Sequence record: MW394391.1
Reading direction: 5' to 3' (one strand)
From: Klebsiella phage vB_KpM_FBKp24
DNA: 64,000 nucleotides
Shown here piece by piece: positions 19,590 to 29,325 of the stretch (position 1 is the stretch's first letter; each line of letters starts with the position of its first letter). The notes under the pieces were generated by a model that was given only the letters and a program-made list of their open reading frames with translations, had not been told where the DNA came from and searched no databases. The translations under genes and the position numbers were made by a program.

Positions 19590-19956
19590 TCTTGAGTTGA
19601 TTCGGATGTTCGATCAAAGAACTTAATTCACGCGTTTTAAACGAAAGTCGCGATGCCAATAACTGAATGTCAATATAGAACATAGCTCCCAGATCGTCCT
19701 TAAACGAAGGGTCTAAGTACTCCATTCCATCCGAGGAAAAGATAAGATCCAATATCTTTTCTGTTTCTTCGCCCGCCTTGAAAAAGAATGGCATTGAATA
19801 CCCACCCCGCAAGCGAGAAAGAGAATATAAAAACACCGGGAGAATAATCTCCCGGCGGTCAGTAGAATAGCGTTTTTCTATCTTATTCAGATCAGGTGTG
19901 TTCCAATTAAGATCGTAAACAAATGTCTTTGAACAAGCTGATGGATCGTTGATCAC
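19543..19956 (-). CDS. small hypothetical protein (array member 6, 137 aa; start uncertain)
   Basis: ORF in array. Confidence 0.5.
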   Translation of the reverse strand: MINDPSACSKTFVYDLNWNTPDLNKIEKRYSTDRREIILPVFLYSLSRLRGGYSMPFFFKAGEETEKILDLIFSSDGMEYLDPSFKDDLGAMFYIDIQLLASRLSFKTRELSSLIEHPNQLKNVKLIGRTLYVTVVH

Positions 19957-20320
19957 TACTGACCTCCCATTGATAGTAATCGATTAGTCGGTCAGTGAGT
20001 CTTACTTGTAAAAAATCACTGACCGTTGACTGAACCGACGAGAGAAACGCGTCGGTATCCGAGACGCTTAATTCCGGGGAAGAAAAGTATTGTAACATTC
20101 TCCCTTCCGAACTGGAATAACCAAAGATGGTTTTTTCTAATACGTGTAAAAGCAGCATCGGGAAAGCTTCCCCGAATGTCATGGGTTCGAAGCCTTCTTC
20201 AAAAAAGCGATAGTAAACGTTCCTTAGCTTCCCGCGGAGTTGTTCGATGTCAATAATAACTCGCACGAGCCTCACGTTTCTCTCGCTGAATTCGTTCCCA
20301 GTCCCGGATTCGCCAATCAC
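19907..20320 (-). CDS. small hypothetical protein (array member 7; track start is GTG, true start possibly ATG at 20182)
   Basis: ORF in array. Confidence 0.45.
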   Translation of the reverse strand: MIGESGTGNEFSERNVRLVRVIIDIEQLRGKLRNVYYRFFEEGFEPMTFGEAFPMLLLHVLEKTIFGYSSSEGRMLQYFSSPELSVSDTDAFLSSVQSTVSDFLQVRLTDRLIDYYQWEVSSDQRSISLFKDICLRS

Positions 20321-20753
20321 CCATATTCTCCAAAATTAAACAGTTGCTCCTGACTTCCAGTACACGAATCTCTTCCCAGTGCTTATCCTTACGAATCTCA
20401 CAGTCTTTAAAATACTCCAGACAGAAGATAATAAAAACATCAATGACTTCACGGTAAAGTTCTTGAGAAGGTTCGTCGCAGATTTCTTCGTTATTCTTAC
20501 CGAACCCTATCGGTTCCAGTGTATAACCCTTAAACCATGTTCTGATTGCACCATCATCGTCCCAACATTCCCATGGGAAGAGAGCTTCTCGGTTGATGGC
20601 GTTCCAGAAGATACGTAAAGCACTTTCTTTTAGATCTTCTACTGTGACTCGTTCATTGGCATGGACGTCAATTATACGATAATGCTCGCGCGCATAACGT
20701 AAGATTGATGAGAGTCGTCTCGCAAGGTAATCAATGTCAATAACATAACGCAT
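20250..20753 (-). CDS. small hypothetical protein (array member 8, 167 aa, W/R/E-rich)
   Basis: ORF in array. Confidence 0.55.
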   Translation of the reverse strand: MRYVIDIDYLARRLSSILRYAREHYRIIDVHANERVTVEDLKESALRIFWNAINREALFPWECWDDDGAIRTWFKGYTLEPIGFGKNNEEICDEPSQELYREVIDVFIIFCLEYFKDCEIRKDKHWEEIRVLEVRSNCLILENMGDWRIRDWERIQREKREARASYY

Positions 20754-20764
20754 AACGGTCGCCT

Positions 20765-21169
20765 TTATTGATAAACAATGTATTTACGAGAGTCAATCAT
20801 TTCCGTAAAGAACTCGCCCGGATAAATATAGTTTTGCCACTGTTCACGCAATTTGCGTAAAATAGATTCCATCGTACCATTTTTAGTCATGAGCGTAATT
20901 TCTTCCTGTAAAGCCATGTAGAACGTAAGCTGGTCCCTGTAGTACGGGTCATCGGGAATGGTTTCGAAATCGTTTTCTAACGGGTCGATATAATTTTGGT
21001 AATAAACTTCAATAAAGAGGGTTCGATAGTCAATCTTACCTCCCTCCTCCCAATGGTAAGCTGTTGTTAAAAACGTCTCAATAATCTGGTTTCGCCAGAT
21101 GCCCTGATACCCGTCCGAGAAGAGTTTGAGTGAGTAAGGTATCTCGAAGACGTATTTTTTAGTGTGCAT
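20765..21169 (-). CDS. small hypothetical protein (array member 9, 134 aa)
   Basis: ATG verified with AGAGGAA SD. Confidence 0.6.
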   Translation of the reverse strand: MHTKKYVFEIPYSLKLFSDGYQGIWRNQIIETFLTTAYHWEEGGKIDYRTLFIEVYYQNYIDPLENDFETIPDDPYYRDQLTFYMALQEEITLMTKNGTMESILRKLREQWQNYIYPGEFFTEMIDSRKYIVYQ

Positions 21170-21483
21170 AGATCGGGATTCCTCTGATAAAACTCGTCAT
21201 CGTCGACCCAGATAAACAAGGCCCGATTCCTTAGGTCCAATGATAGGACGTTTAAAATATTAACAGGGAGTTTAAGAGGAATCCCACCATATTCTTTCTC
21301 GAGCATTCTTGCTACCTGCCATACTTTGTCGGTTTCAAGCGTATTGTTCTCTAAGATGTAGTGTTCCGGTAGAACGACCCCGTATACTCGATCCAACCAG
21401 AAAGACAAAACTTGTTTCCGGTAATAATCGGGCATCGTAGGGGTCATCTCCAGAAAGCGATTAATGTCTACGATTATCAACAA
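21067..21483 (-). CDS. small hypothetical protein (array member 10); 3' end overlaps the next gene by 103 nt
   Basis: ORF in array. Confidence 0.45.
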   Translation of the reverse strand: MLIIVDINRFLEMTPTMPDYYRKQVLSFWLDRVYGVVLPEHYILENNTLETDKVWQVARMLEKEYGGIPLKLPVNILNVLSLDLRNRALFIWVDDDEFYQRNPDLCTLKNTSSRYLTHSNSSRTGIRASGETRLLRRF

Positions 21484-21873
21484 TTACCTTTCCTCCAGAA
21501 TAATTTCGAATTCGTCTTGATTGATTCTAAAATCCCGCACTTGATAGTATCCTGGAATTTGGCCCATAGACTCAAATAACGCACTGAGCTCTTCCTCCTT
21601 ATCGTTGACTCGGTTGAAGACGTCATGAATCATTGTTTCAAAATCGAGCGTTTTATCTACACTGATTCTGTTCGTCGGACATACACGGTCAGTCAAGAAA
21701 TAGATAGCTCTGGCCCAATGCTCACGGTTCCGGTAATGGAACCATGTCATCCATGTCGCATAGAAGATTTCCGCCTGAGTGAAGAGAAATGGGTAGGGGG
21801 CGGTTATCCAGAAAAAAACTTTTGGTATTGTCCCTTTAATTTTGATTGTCGATTCTGGAGTCCTGTAATTCAT
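21484..21873 (-). CDS. small hypothetical protein (array member 11, 129 aa, W/Y/F-rich)
   Basis: motif-1 promoter 94 nt upstream. Confidence 0.55.
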   Translation of the reverse strand: MNYRTPESTIKIKGTIPKVFFWITAPYPFLFTQAEIFYATWMTWFHYRNREHWARAIYFLTDRVCPTNRISVDKTLDFETMIHDVFNRVNDKEEELSALFESMGQIPGYYQVRDFRINQDEFEIILEER

Positions 21874-21964
21874 TCTAAGCCTCTTTTTGCTTCAACTATA
21901 CATTCCCCTTCAAATAAATAGAAAAGCTCGTACAAAGCGATTATAGGAGCCTTATACGACATCT

Positions 21965-21992
21965 TATCAATAGGGTGATATATACTTTACTG
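21965..21992 (-). promoter_or_regulatory. motif-1 promoter-like element (AAGTATATATCACCCTATTGA)
   Basis: consensus match downstream of the phuZ terminators. Confidence 0.55.
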
Positions 21993-22008
21993 AAATTCGA
22001 CAAACATA

Positions 22009-22072
22009 ATCTCTCTGGACTTACGCCCAGAGAGAAAATAAAAAGACGGAGTGGGAAACCCCCACTCCGTAG
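22009..22072 (-). terminator. tandem hairpins after phuZ; the distal one (acggagtggg-aaacc-cccactccgt) is followed by TTTTTATTTT on - strand
   Basis: read directly from the sequence. Confidence 0.6.
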
Positions 22073-22119
22073 ATGACTTAAGCGAATGAAGCAGCTAAAA
22101 ATGTCGTACATAGAATGGA

Positions 22120-23088
22120 TTAGAATTCCATTCCATCGCCTTGCGTGTCACCCTGAATAAAGCTCTGCACTGCGACTGACTTTTTATCCCTTGCCATCCG
22201 GCGTTGTTCAAAGTCGTCGTAGGTTTTACGGAGGTCCGTCAGAATTTCATTCAAACCGTGAGTATGGATGAGGAAGTAAAGGGAATCTTCCCCTGACCGT
22301 TTACGTGAACCGTAGGTGTTGTAGTCAGCAGGAATAGTCCCGGTTGTGGGTTTATTGTCACCGTAAAGTTCCGCAACTGAGATGGGGGCGGTTACCTCCA
22401 ATGCGTCTTCTCGGTCCTGGAAAACTTCCAACAGTCCCAGCTCCGGTCGTACGCCTGCGCCAATCACTGGGCGTGCCCAAGTGAGGACGTCTGCTGAATC
22501 GAGACCGTGGTGTTTACCTGAATAGAGATCGAGGACTGCGCGAATGGTGGCAATCATAATCGCATCGACTTCTGCATTACGAACGTTGTTTTCGTTACTT
22601 TCAAACGCCACGTTCGCAAACTGATTGTTTTTGATCGCGATATTACGAATAGACGAAATAGTCTTCATCGTGTTTTCGGTTGTTTTCGCCGATTCGGTAG
22701 ATCCCACTAAAAAGACCAGAACGGCTTTCCCTTGGGCGTAGAGCCCCTCGATGAGTTTAGGGCCAATTACGGAGCCCGATCCACCGGACGCTGAAAAGAT
22801 CAGGATGTTCAGTTCTGAAGGTTTGAGTTTCAGAAGAATGTCGCTGATACTACGATCGGTAACGTCATAGTTAGTTTTACGGATTTTACCCGCGCCATCA
22901 ACCCCTTCCAGAAAATACCATTTATCTTGATCGACAACGGTGCGCTCAGAAACATTAGAACGGCTACCGTCAACGTAAGCCTCTCTTACGTTTGCCAGAT
23001 CCGATAGATCAGTACGCATCAGCTTGGTGAGGATGTCAATTCCCGCCCCGCCGGCACCGTAGATAGTTACTGTGTTATTCGACGACAT
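22120..23088 (-). CDS. phuZ: phage tubulin PhuZ (FtsZ/tubulin-like GTPase)
   Basis: N-terminal GAGGAG nucleotide-binding loop; T4-loop SASGGSGSVIGP (compare PhuZ SLGGGSGSVLGP); acidic C-terminal tail QGDTQGDGMEF; ATG with AAGGAG SD. Confidence 0.85.
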   Translation of the reverse strand: MSSNNTVTIYGAGGAGIDILTKLMRTDLSDLANVREAYVDGSRSNVSERTVVDQDKWYFLEGVDGAGKIRKTNYDVTDRSISDILLKLKPSELNILIFSASGGSGSVIGPKLIEGLYAQGKAVLVFLVGSTESAKTTENTMKTISSIRNIAIKNNQFANVAFESNENNVRNAEVDAIMIATIRAVLDLYSGKHHGLDSADVLTWARPVIGAGVRPELGLLEVFQDREDALEVTAPISVAELYGDNKPTTGTIPADYNTYGSRKRSGEDSLYFLIHTHGLNEILTDLRKTYDDFEQRRMARDKKSVAVQSFIQGDTQGDGMEF

Positions 23089-23173
23089 AATACAGATACT
23101 CCTTATGTTAAGCCAAAATAGCTCTTGTCATAATACCTTATACGACGTCGTAAAATAATCGAGGGAGAAGAAA

Positions 23174-24004
23174 ATGGTATTGCAAAAAGTCATTTCAGAT
23201 ATTCGCTTTAATATCCCAAAAGAAGTCTTGGAAATCGCTTTCCTCGGAGACTTGGGGTTAGAGCGGCGGAAACCGGGTGCCCTTGACTGGGAGATTCGGA
23301 ACAAAATTATCGATGCTAAAGTTCGCCCTGACTGTAATTTATTAGGGGCTTTAGAAATGAATATCCCATTAGCCAACGCGGAAGTCATCTACGACGCTAC
23401 TGGACTGTACCGTAATACCGTTCGTATACCTAAGTCACTCACTCAAGGTAGAAGTATTGTTAGTGTTTCTTATTTTAACTATTACTACTACACTGGCGCT
23501 ATCGGTCAAGTCGGCGGATACATGGCCAATAACTTTTCCAGTAATACCTGCGGCAATTCCCCGATGATGGCGCAAGCATCCCGTATATTGCAATCTGCGG
23601 CCAACTCCGATTCCACAGGGACAGCAGCTGTTCGTCTTATTGGGGAAAACACGATCGTTGTTAATGACTACATTGGGTCATTACTTCAAGGGTCGTTGGT
23701 TTGTCTTGTTAGCCATGATTCTGAAATGAACTCGATCGGTCCTAAAGCGGTTCCTCAGTTCTCCAAACTCTGCCAATTAGCTTGTAAAGCATACATCTAC
23801 AATACTTTAAAAGTTAAACTCAACGGAGCTTACTTAGCCGGCGGCGCCGAACTGGGGGAAATACAAAACTTTGTTGATAGTTACTCGGATGCTGCGGAGC
23901 AATACGAGGAGTATTTCCGTGAAGAGTGGTCGGCGGTTCAGTTTGCAAATGACGACACACGTAATTCCTGGTACTTACGTAACCTGATCGGCGGCGGCGC
24001 ATAA
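23174..24004 (+). CDS. hypothetical protein (276 aa)
   Basis: ATG with GAGGGAGAAG SD. Confidence 0.65.
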   Translation: MVLQKVISDIRFNIPKEVLEIAFLGDLGLERRKPGALDWEIRNKIIDAKVRPDCNLLGALEMNIPLANAEVIYDATGLYRNTVRIPKSLTQGRSIVSVSYFNYYYYTGAIGQVGGYMANNFSSNTCGNSPMMAQASRILQSAANSDSTGTAAVRLIGENTIVVNDYIGSLLQGSLVCLVSHDSEMNSIGPKAVPQFSKLCQLACKAYIYNTLKVKLNGAYLAGGAELGEIQNFVDSYSDAAEQYEEYFREEWSAVQFANDDTRNSWYLRNLIGGGA

Positions 24005-24013
24005 GCGATTATA

Positions 24014-24044
24014 AGACTGGGAGTGACTTAGTCACTCCCAGTCT
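24014..24044. terminator. bidirectional hairpin, 14-bp perfect stem (agactgggagtgac-tta-gtcactcccagtct), no strong U-tract
   Basis: lies between convergent genes. Confidence 0.5.
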
Positions 24045-24048
24045 GTAT

Positions 24049-24882
24049 TCAGTGGCACCTTATAACTACGCAGTCCGCATCAAGATCTATTACCGCTGTG
24101 GCATCATTCTCTTTGTCAGTGATCGATAGTCGATACGTTTCCACTGCATTGATATCCTGCATCAAACGATTGGTGTAACTGGTTTCTTCTATTTCCGTCA
24201 CACCCACTACAAAACTGTAACCGCTCACTGCCCCATAGCACATGGCCAAGATTGAGCCTACTACATAATTCCACTCGTCCAGCTTCCAATCGCCGTGGCT
24301 GTAAACGGAAAAGAGGATGCGCGTATTCGTTTCATTCTCGATCAGTAAGAAAGCATCTTTACCAATGAAATGAGGGCTTTCCAGACTGACTACTTGTACG
24401 TATAAGAGCGAGACCCCGGTTAAAGAATCCCTGACTTCAAATCCGTCCTCTATATTCCAGAAGACAAAATAGTCTTTATTGTTCTTCGCCATCATTTCGT
24501 AGTAAGTGATCACTCCATCCTCGTCGAAATAAGGACGAACGTACACCTCTTCGTTACGTAATGGGAAAACCGACCCCTCAGTAATCTCCTTGACTTGGAA
24601 AACGCTTACGATAATCGCGCTTTCGGGTAGGACGCCCATATCTGTTAATAGTACGGAAATTTCCAATAGGGACAGAGATTCGGTATCTATCCCATCAACG
24701 TCTTCAAGGTGTAAAGTCCATACTGAGCTGGTGCTGTCAGGAAAACTCAACGTGATTAAAATGGTATTTGCCCGGAGCGAATCTTTAGTGGGTTGTCCGT
24801 TGATACGGACAACCGCCCCTTTCTTTTCTTTTTCTTCATCGACTGCATCAGTACTTATCTCGGTTTCGCTCATCGCCTGCAT
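24049..24882 (-). CDS. hypothetical protein (277 aa)
   Basis: long ORF. Confidence 0.6.
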   Translation of the reverse strand: MQAMSETEISTDAVDEEKEKKGAVVRINGQPTKDSLRANTILITLSFPDSTSSVWTLHLEDVDGIDTESLSLLEISVLLTDMGVLPESAIIVSVFQVKEITEGSVFPLRNEEVYVRPYFDEDGVITYYEMMAKNNKDYFVFWNIEDGFEVRDSLTGVSLLYVQVVSLESPHFIGKDAFLLIENETNTRILFSVYSHGDWKLDEWNYVVGSILAMCYGAVSGYSFVVGVTEIEETSYTNRLMQDINAVETYRLSITDKENDATAVIDLDADCVVIRCH

Positions 24883-24910
24883 AACTACCCCTCAGAGAAA
24901 GAAACGTAAA

Positions 24911-25369
24911 TCAATTCACGACCGTTTGTAACACCGCGCTATCACGCACGCTTTCGAAATAAGTTAATAATGCGCTACTGTCTGGGTTAGCGATTTGAAA
25001 GTTATTCAGGGTATCCTGGAAACCTGCTGAGAAATTACCTAGCTCATCAATAACCAGAAGCTCATTCAACATCCACCAATAACGCCCTTTAATTCGGACG
25101 ATAGCGGGTTGTCCCCAAATTAAACCTTTCATTTCAAAATTATAATGAAGTAAAAGGTTTTCCTCTACTTGATTTAAGAGGGTTCGAATAGGCCCAGCTT
25201 CTTTATTCTTCCTGAGAATACGGTAAACCACTAACTTACCGTCAATAAATAAAACCACGCAGTGACGAATATTTTTAGCCGTCAAAGAAAGTGTCAATAA
25301 AACATCCGTGTCGTTGGTTAACGAAAGATCAAGAAGTTGGCCATCGGTAAAACGAACAATAGTTGTCAT
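24911..25369 (-). CDS. hypothetical protein (152 aa)
   Basis: ORF. Confidence 0.55.
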   Translation of the reverse strand: MTTIVRFTDGQLLDLSLTNDTDVLLTLSLTAKNIRHCVVLFIDGKLVVYRILRKNKEAGPIRTLLNQVEENLLLHYNFEMKGLIWGQPAIVRIKGRYWWMLNELLVIDELGNFSAGFQDTLNNFQIANPDSSALLTYFESVRDSAVLQTVVN

Positions 25370-25397
25370 CTACGCCTCCGGTGGCCGAAAATTGTAA

Positions 25398-26030
25398 TTA
25401 GATTAGGTTCCAGCGTTTTTCCATCAATTCGCTAATACGGTTTTTAATCTCGTTACTTTTAATCCAAGGCGGATTAATGAGGTCAGAGATAACGATCCCA
25501 ATTTTAGGAAGGTTTTTCAGTAGGGTGGTAATTTGCCCCGGTCGTAACCCTTCTACTGGAGTATTGATGTCCAGCTTACAATAATAGCCGAAGTCATTTA
25601 ACTCCTTGTCGAAATACCAGTCCAGTTCCCCGACAAAACCATTCCCTAAATCCACCGCGTAACGTCTTTTCTGATAAAGGCGTTCTCCAAAAGGTAACGC
25701 CATTTCATATTCTTCCTGAGTGATAACCTTTTCCAATTCGATACAACGAGAAGTTAGGGTATTAGGATCATACGGCAGTCGGTATTTTGTCGCCGCCTCG
25801 TAAAGTGTCACATTTGCTGAATTTTCTAAATCGCCGTTAAAAGTTTCAGTACGACGAACACGTACCGTCAGACGTGTGTTATTTTGCGTCATCGCATTCG
25901 TTTCAGATTGCGTGATTTGTAAATAATTTGTCTTGACATCCTTTAATCGGAGATAGGAAGCATCATCGAGTTTAAAGAAGATGGCTACCTCGTTTTCGTT
26001 ACTTTTCTTCTTCCCCATCATGATTCTCAT
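25398..26030 (-). CDS. hypothetical protein (210 aa)
   Basis: ORF. Confidence 0.55.
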   Translation of the reverse strand: MRIMMGKKKSNENEVAIFFKLDDASYLRLKDVKTNYLQITQSETNAMTQNNTRLTVRVRRTETFNGDLENSANVTLYEAATKYRLPYDPNTLTSRCIELEKVITQEEYEMALPFGERLYQKRRYAVDLGNGFVGELDWYFDKELNDFGYYCKLDINTPVEGLRPGQITTLLKNLPKIGIVISDLINPPWIKSNEIKNRISELMEKRWNLI

Positions 26031-26526
26031 TGATCAAATAAGCTTCGTACTCAACGTTCAATTTTGTCAGTAGACGCGGAACAATAGCTTCAATTAATAA
26101 GGTCACTGACAAAGGATCAAAAAGCGGATCTTTTGTCAGCAGTGCATAAATAACGTCAGCGAAGGAACTCTTCTCAATTCTGCTGCGAATATTCGCCCCA
26201 TCACTCAAACGGGTATTTGAAATGTCTATCCCGGTTATACGTAATCTTCCGTTCTCAGAGATAGATAGGGACAAAAAAGAAAGACGCTCCAGTAACCAAG
26301 GCAGGTACGCGCTGCGTACCTGCCTATCGACAATCTTCATTTCCTCCACTTCAAAAATCAAAGGGAAATCAAATTGCTCCGCTTTGACTGGGCAATAACC
26401 CCTCGCCTCCTTCTTCACAAATACATCAGAAAGGGTTTGATTGCGATTGCCCAGAAAGCCGCTAAAACGCAGCGGCTTTTTCAGAATTTCCATGGTAGGG
26501 AGGACTACGAGACTCTGCGTTTTCAT
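25999..26526 (-). CDS. hypothetical protein (175 aa)
   Basis: ORF. Confidence 0.55.
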   Translation of the reverse strand: MKTQSLVVLPTMEILKKPLRFSGFLGNRNQTLSDVFVKKEARGYCPVKAEQFDFPLIFEVEEMKIVDRQVRSAYLPWLLERLSFLSLSISENGRLRITGIDISNTRLSDGANIRSRIEKSSFADVIYALLTKDPLFDPLSVTLLIEAIVPRLLTKLNVEYEAYLINENHDGEEEK

Positions 26527-26586
26527 GACAGTTCCTTTTTAACGTATTCAGACAAAAAGTTCATTATCAATAGACGCAGGATTAAT

Positions 26587-27141
26587 TTAAGAATACATCG
26601 CGATCAGTTTTTCTACAGGGGTAGACTCGAGCAGGTATTTCGCAATAGGCGCCGCCTTAAGTTGCAGCTCCAGTCTTGTGGGTAACGTAATCTTTTTCCT
26701 GATTTGACAACAATCAGTATCGAATGACGCATAAAGGACAATCTTTCCGAGCTCGATACGAAGCCCCGCATTAATCGGTTTGATCGGAAGGTTACTTACG
26801 TGAGGGAGCGTATTCCATTGATCAACAAACCCTCGGACATTTAAGGTATATCCATTATCCGACGTTAAACGCTCAATGTCATGTCCCGTTATCGCAAGAT
26901 AAAGATCGGCGATGTCTACACCTAATTGCGTCATGCAAAAACGCCGACCAGGCTCTTTCATCGCGTATCGCAATACCAGTGTACAGTAATGCTCTTTGAT
27001 GATATTAAATACATCAGTTTTCGCTTCACGCGTTTTAAACGACGTGACTAATGACCCATAATGACGCAACTCATGAATCACTACGCCCTGAGTGACGTAA
27101 CTCTTCGCACGTAATTTCCCGATATCAACGTTATAGTACAT
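26587..27141 (-). CDS. hypothetical protein (184 aa)
   Basis: ORF. Confidence 0.55.
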   Translation of the reverse strand: MYYNVDIGKLRAKSYVTQGVVIHELRHYGSLVTSFKTREAKTDVFNIIKEHYCTLVLRYAMKEPGRRFCMTQLGVDIADLYLAITGHDIERLTSDNGYTLNVRGFVDQWNTLPHVSNLPIKPINAGLRIELGKIVLYASFDTDCCQIRKKITLPTRLELQLKAAPIAKYLLESTPVEKLIAMYS

Positions 27142-27159
27142 GTGGGTTCCTTTTATCGT

Positions 27160-27633
27160 TTAAGCAAAAGCAAAACAAGGAGTGCCGTTAAGGGTGAATG
27201 TATTCTCAACGACAGTCCGAATGATTTTTTCATCCAGATCAGCGCGACACGTCGGTGACGTGATTCGACGTTTATTTAAGCCGTGAATTACCAGTCCCGG
27301 GTCGAGGTCGAATGAAAGATAATCGATCTTTTCTTTTTCATCCTCTAACCACCGGTATTCGTAGTCATATTTTCTCTCGTCGTACTTAACAGGGTGCCGA
27401 GAGGTAATTCTGAATGTCCTCCCAGTGAAGCCATCCTGAAAGGCGTTGTAGAGCTTAAAGATTTCCGTTCTGGCTGTTTCAAGACTGGTCGACTTGTAGT
27501 TGTTGGGGTTAAGGTCAGCTAATAGACGACCGTCTGCTGCGATGATGATGTGACCTTTGTGGATAGTGATTATTTTACCGTCGTCGGTCCGTTGCTGCAG
27601 ACCGCCACATCCTGTTAATTCAAATGTAATCAC
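27160..27633 (-). CDS. hypothetical protein (157 aa)
   Basis: ORF. Confidence 0.55.
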   Translation of the reverse strand: MITFELTGCGGLQQRTDDGKIITIHKGHIIIAADGRLLADLNPNNYKSTSLETARTEIFKLYNAFQDGFTGRTFRITSRHPVKYDERKYDYEYRWLEDEKEKIDYLSFDLDPGLVIHGLNKRRITSPTCRADLDEKIIRTVVENTFTLNGTPCFAFA

Positions 27634-28138
27634 TTAATAACCCTCTAATAAGCTTGAATGGTTCTGGTTGATATCCAACTCCCTCGATTACGTCTGAGGG
27701 ACTGAGGAGGTAAAATTTATTTACTTCGTCTTCTTGCCAGAGAATATGGTCACGATAATCTAATAAACCATCCGGATAGAGTACGTCGTAATACTTCTCC
27801 CCAACCTTCAGTAAAGAGTGGGCAAAGTTCAATTCAGTCGGCAGGTTACTGTCGTAATAAACCTCTTGGAAATAAAATAAACATACCTCAGGGGAATCGG
27901 TACAAAGCTCGACTCCTAGATCAGTAACAGCCAGACAACACCCAGAATAAACTTCACCACAACCTTGATCGACCGAGGCATAGATCCAGATCGCGAAGTC
28001 GTCATCCGTGCGAAACGAAAGTTCTTCAGCACGCCTTCTCATCCAATCGGCAGTGAACTCATCGACATCTAAACTGTTTACCAAGAAAAAGTCTTTGTAG
28101 ACTTTTCGCACTAAGTGTAAATACTCTGATACGGTCAT
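27620..28138 (-). CDS. hypothetical protein (172 aa)
   Basis: ORF. Confidence 0.55.
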   Translation of the reverse strand: MTVSEYLHLVRKVYKDFFLVNSLDVDEFTADWMRRRAEELSFRTDDDFAIWIYASVDQGCGEVYSGCCLAVTDLGVELCTDSPEVCLFYFQEVYYDSNLPTELNFAHSLLKVGEKYYDVLYPDGLLDYRDHILWQEDEVNKFYLLSPSDVIEGVGYQPEPFKLIRGLLSDYI

Positions 28139-28139
28139 G

Positions 28140-28481
28140 TTATTCTATTCTGTCAGTATAATTACCATACCACCATCCGTCAGGGGCAAGAGTGGGTATC
28201 ACTCGACTTCCGCCTTCTGTTGGAATCCAGTCCAGATTGAAGACCAGCTTAGAGGGCCAAGACGCTTCGTTAGCCCGTACCTTTCTTCCGACCGGTTCTT
28301 CTAATGGGTAAAAACGAAATCGAAACATCTCTTTATTTTCTAGTTTTTCAATCACCACCTTTGCATCTGCCCAGCGCTTTCCTTTTCGAATCGCCCGTGA
28401 AAAGGTCGCCGTAATTACTTTACCCTTGCGACGAAATTTCACACAGGGTGTGGTTTTAATTATGCTAATAGGTAATGCCAT
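28140..28481 (-). CDS. hypothetical basic protein (113 aa)
   Basis: ORF. Confidence 0.5.
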   Translation of the reverse strand: MALPISIIKTTPCVKFRRKGKVITATFSRAIRKGKRWADAKVVIEKLENKEMFRFRFYPLEEPVGRKVRANEASWPSKLVFNLDWIPTEGGSRVIPTLAPDGWWYGNYTDRIE

Positions 28482-28508
28482 TAGAAAATCTCTCCTTAAA
28501 AATTATAG

Positions 28509-28545
28509 AACCTCTAGAGACGCGTCCGTCTCTAGAGGGGAGTAT
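28509..28545. terminator. bidirectional terminator hairpin (cctctagagacg...cgtctctagagg), T-rich on both sides
   Basis: 12-bp stem. Confidence 0.6.
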
Positions 28546-28550
28546 TTTAT

Positions 28551-29231
28551 TCAGCGATGTGAATGGTTATCCGCAATAGTTATTGGCAGTTGATTTTGGA
28601 ACGCGTATAGCGTGACTTCCTGCTTATAAGCTTTGCGATGATTTGAAACGACGGTGTTGACGTATTGCTTGAATCCGGCAACTGTGCGGGGTTTACCTTT
28701 TTCAGTGTAGAAGAATGCGCGATTACCTGCTGCACCTCCTGCCACCCTTACCGCTAACCGATCGTTTCTTGCCTTCAGTATTTTCACTGCACCGCCGGGT
28801 CCTAACAGATGGGCCATGTAGATTTCATTGATCCCGACCTGACGTTGCAGTGAACGCTCTAAAAACTCTTTGTTCTCCTTCATGTACGCAACAGCCATCA
28901 AGGTATTTGCGCGCGGATTTTTAACACTGGTTCCGGGTTTAACCCCGTATTCTTTACCGTACTTCTTAACCGTGGTACGCCACGTTCGATCCGTGAATCC
29001 GAATAACCCCTTTGCTGAACTTCGTTTATTTTTCATACCCGCGCCCATTGTACTTTCAATGGATGCCATGGTAACCAGATCAATCATTTTAACATCGGTT
29101 TTTTGAGAGACTCGATATAAGGTATCGCTATGCTTTGCAAAGCCTACGCTATTGGTCGAGACAGATGCGGTTGCTGAGGTAGCGAAAACGCTAACGACGC
29201 AAAGGACAAGCGCCCAGAAATAGTTTGGCAT
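28551..29231 (-). CDS. secreted lytic transglycosylase-like protein (SLT domain) with N-terminal signal peptide
   Basis: hydrophobic N-terminus ALVLCVVSVFATSATA; SLT-like motif ES..GAG......GLFGF; ATG verified. Confidence 0.55.
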   Translation of the reverse strand: MPNYFWALVLCVVSVFATSATASVSTNSVGFAKHSDTLYRVSQKTDVKMIDLVTMASIESTMGAGMKNKRSSAKGLFGFTDRTWRTTVKKYGKEYGVKPGTSVKNPRANTLMAVAYMKENKEFLERSLQRQVGINEIYMAHLLGPGGAVKILKARNDRLAVRVAGGAAGNRAFFYTEKGKPRTVAGFKQYVNTVVSNHRKAYKQEVTLYAFQNQLPITIADNHSHR

Positions 29232-29325
29232 TTCTAAAGTTTCCTATTCAAATCAAAAGAAAGCCAGGGTGAACAAGTTACGTATCTCAACGTAACCCTT
29301 CAAGCCCTGACTATAGGAAAGCGTC

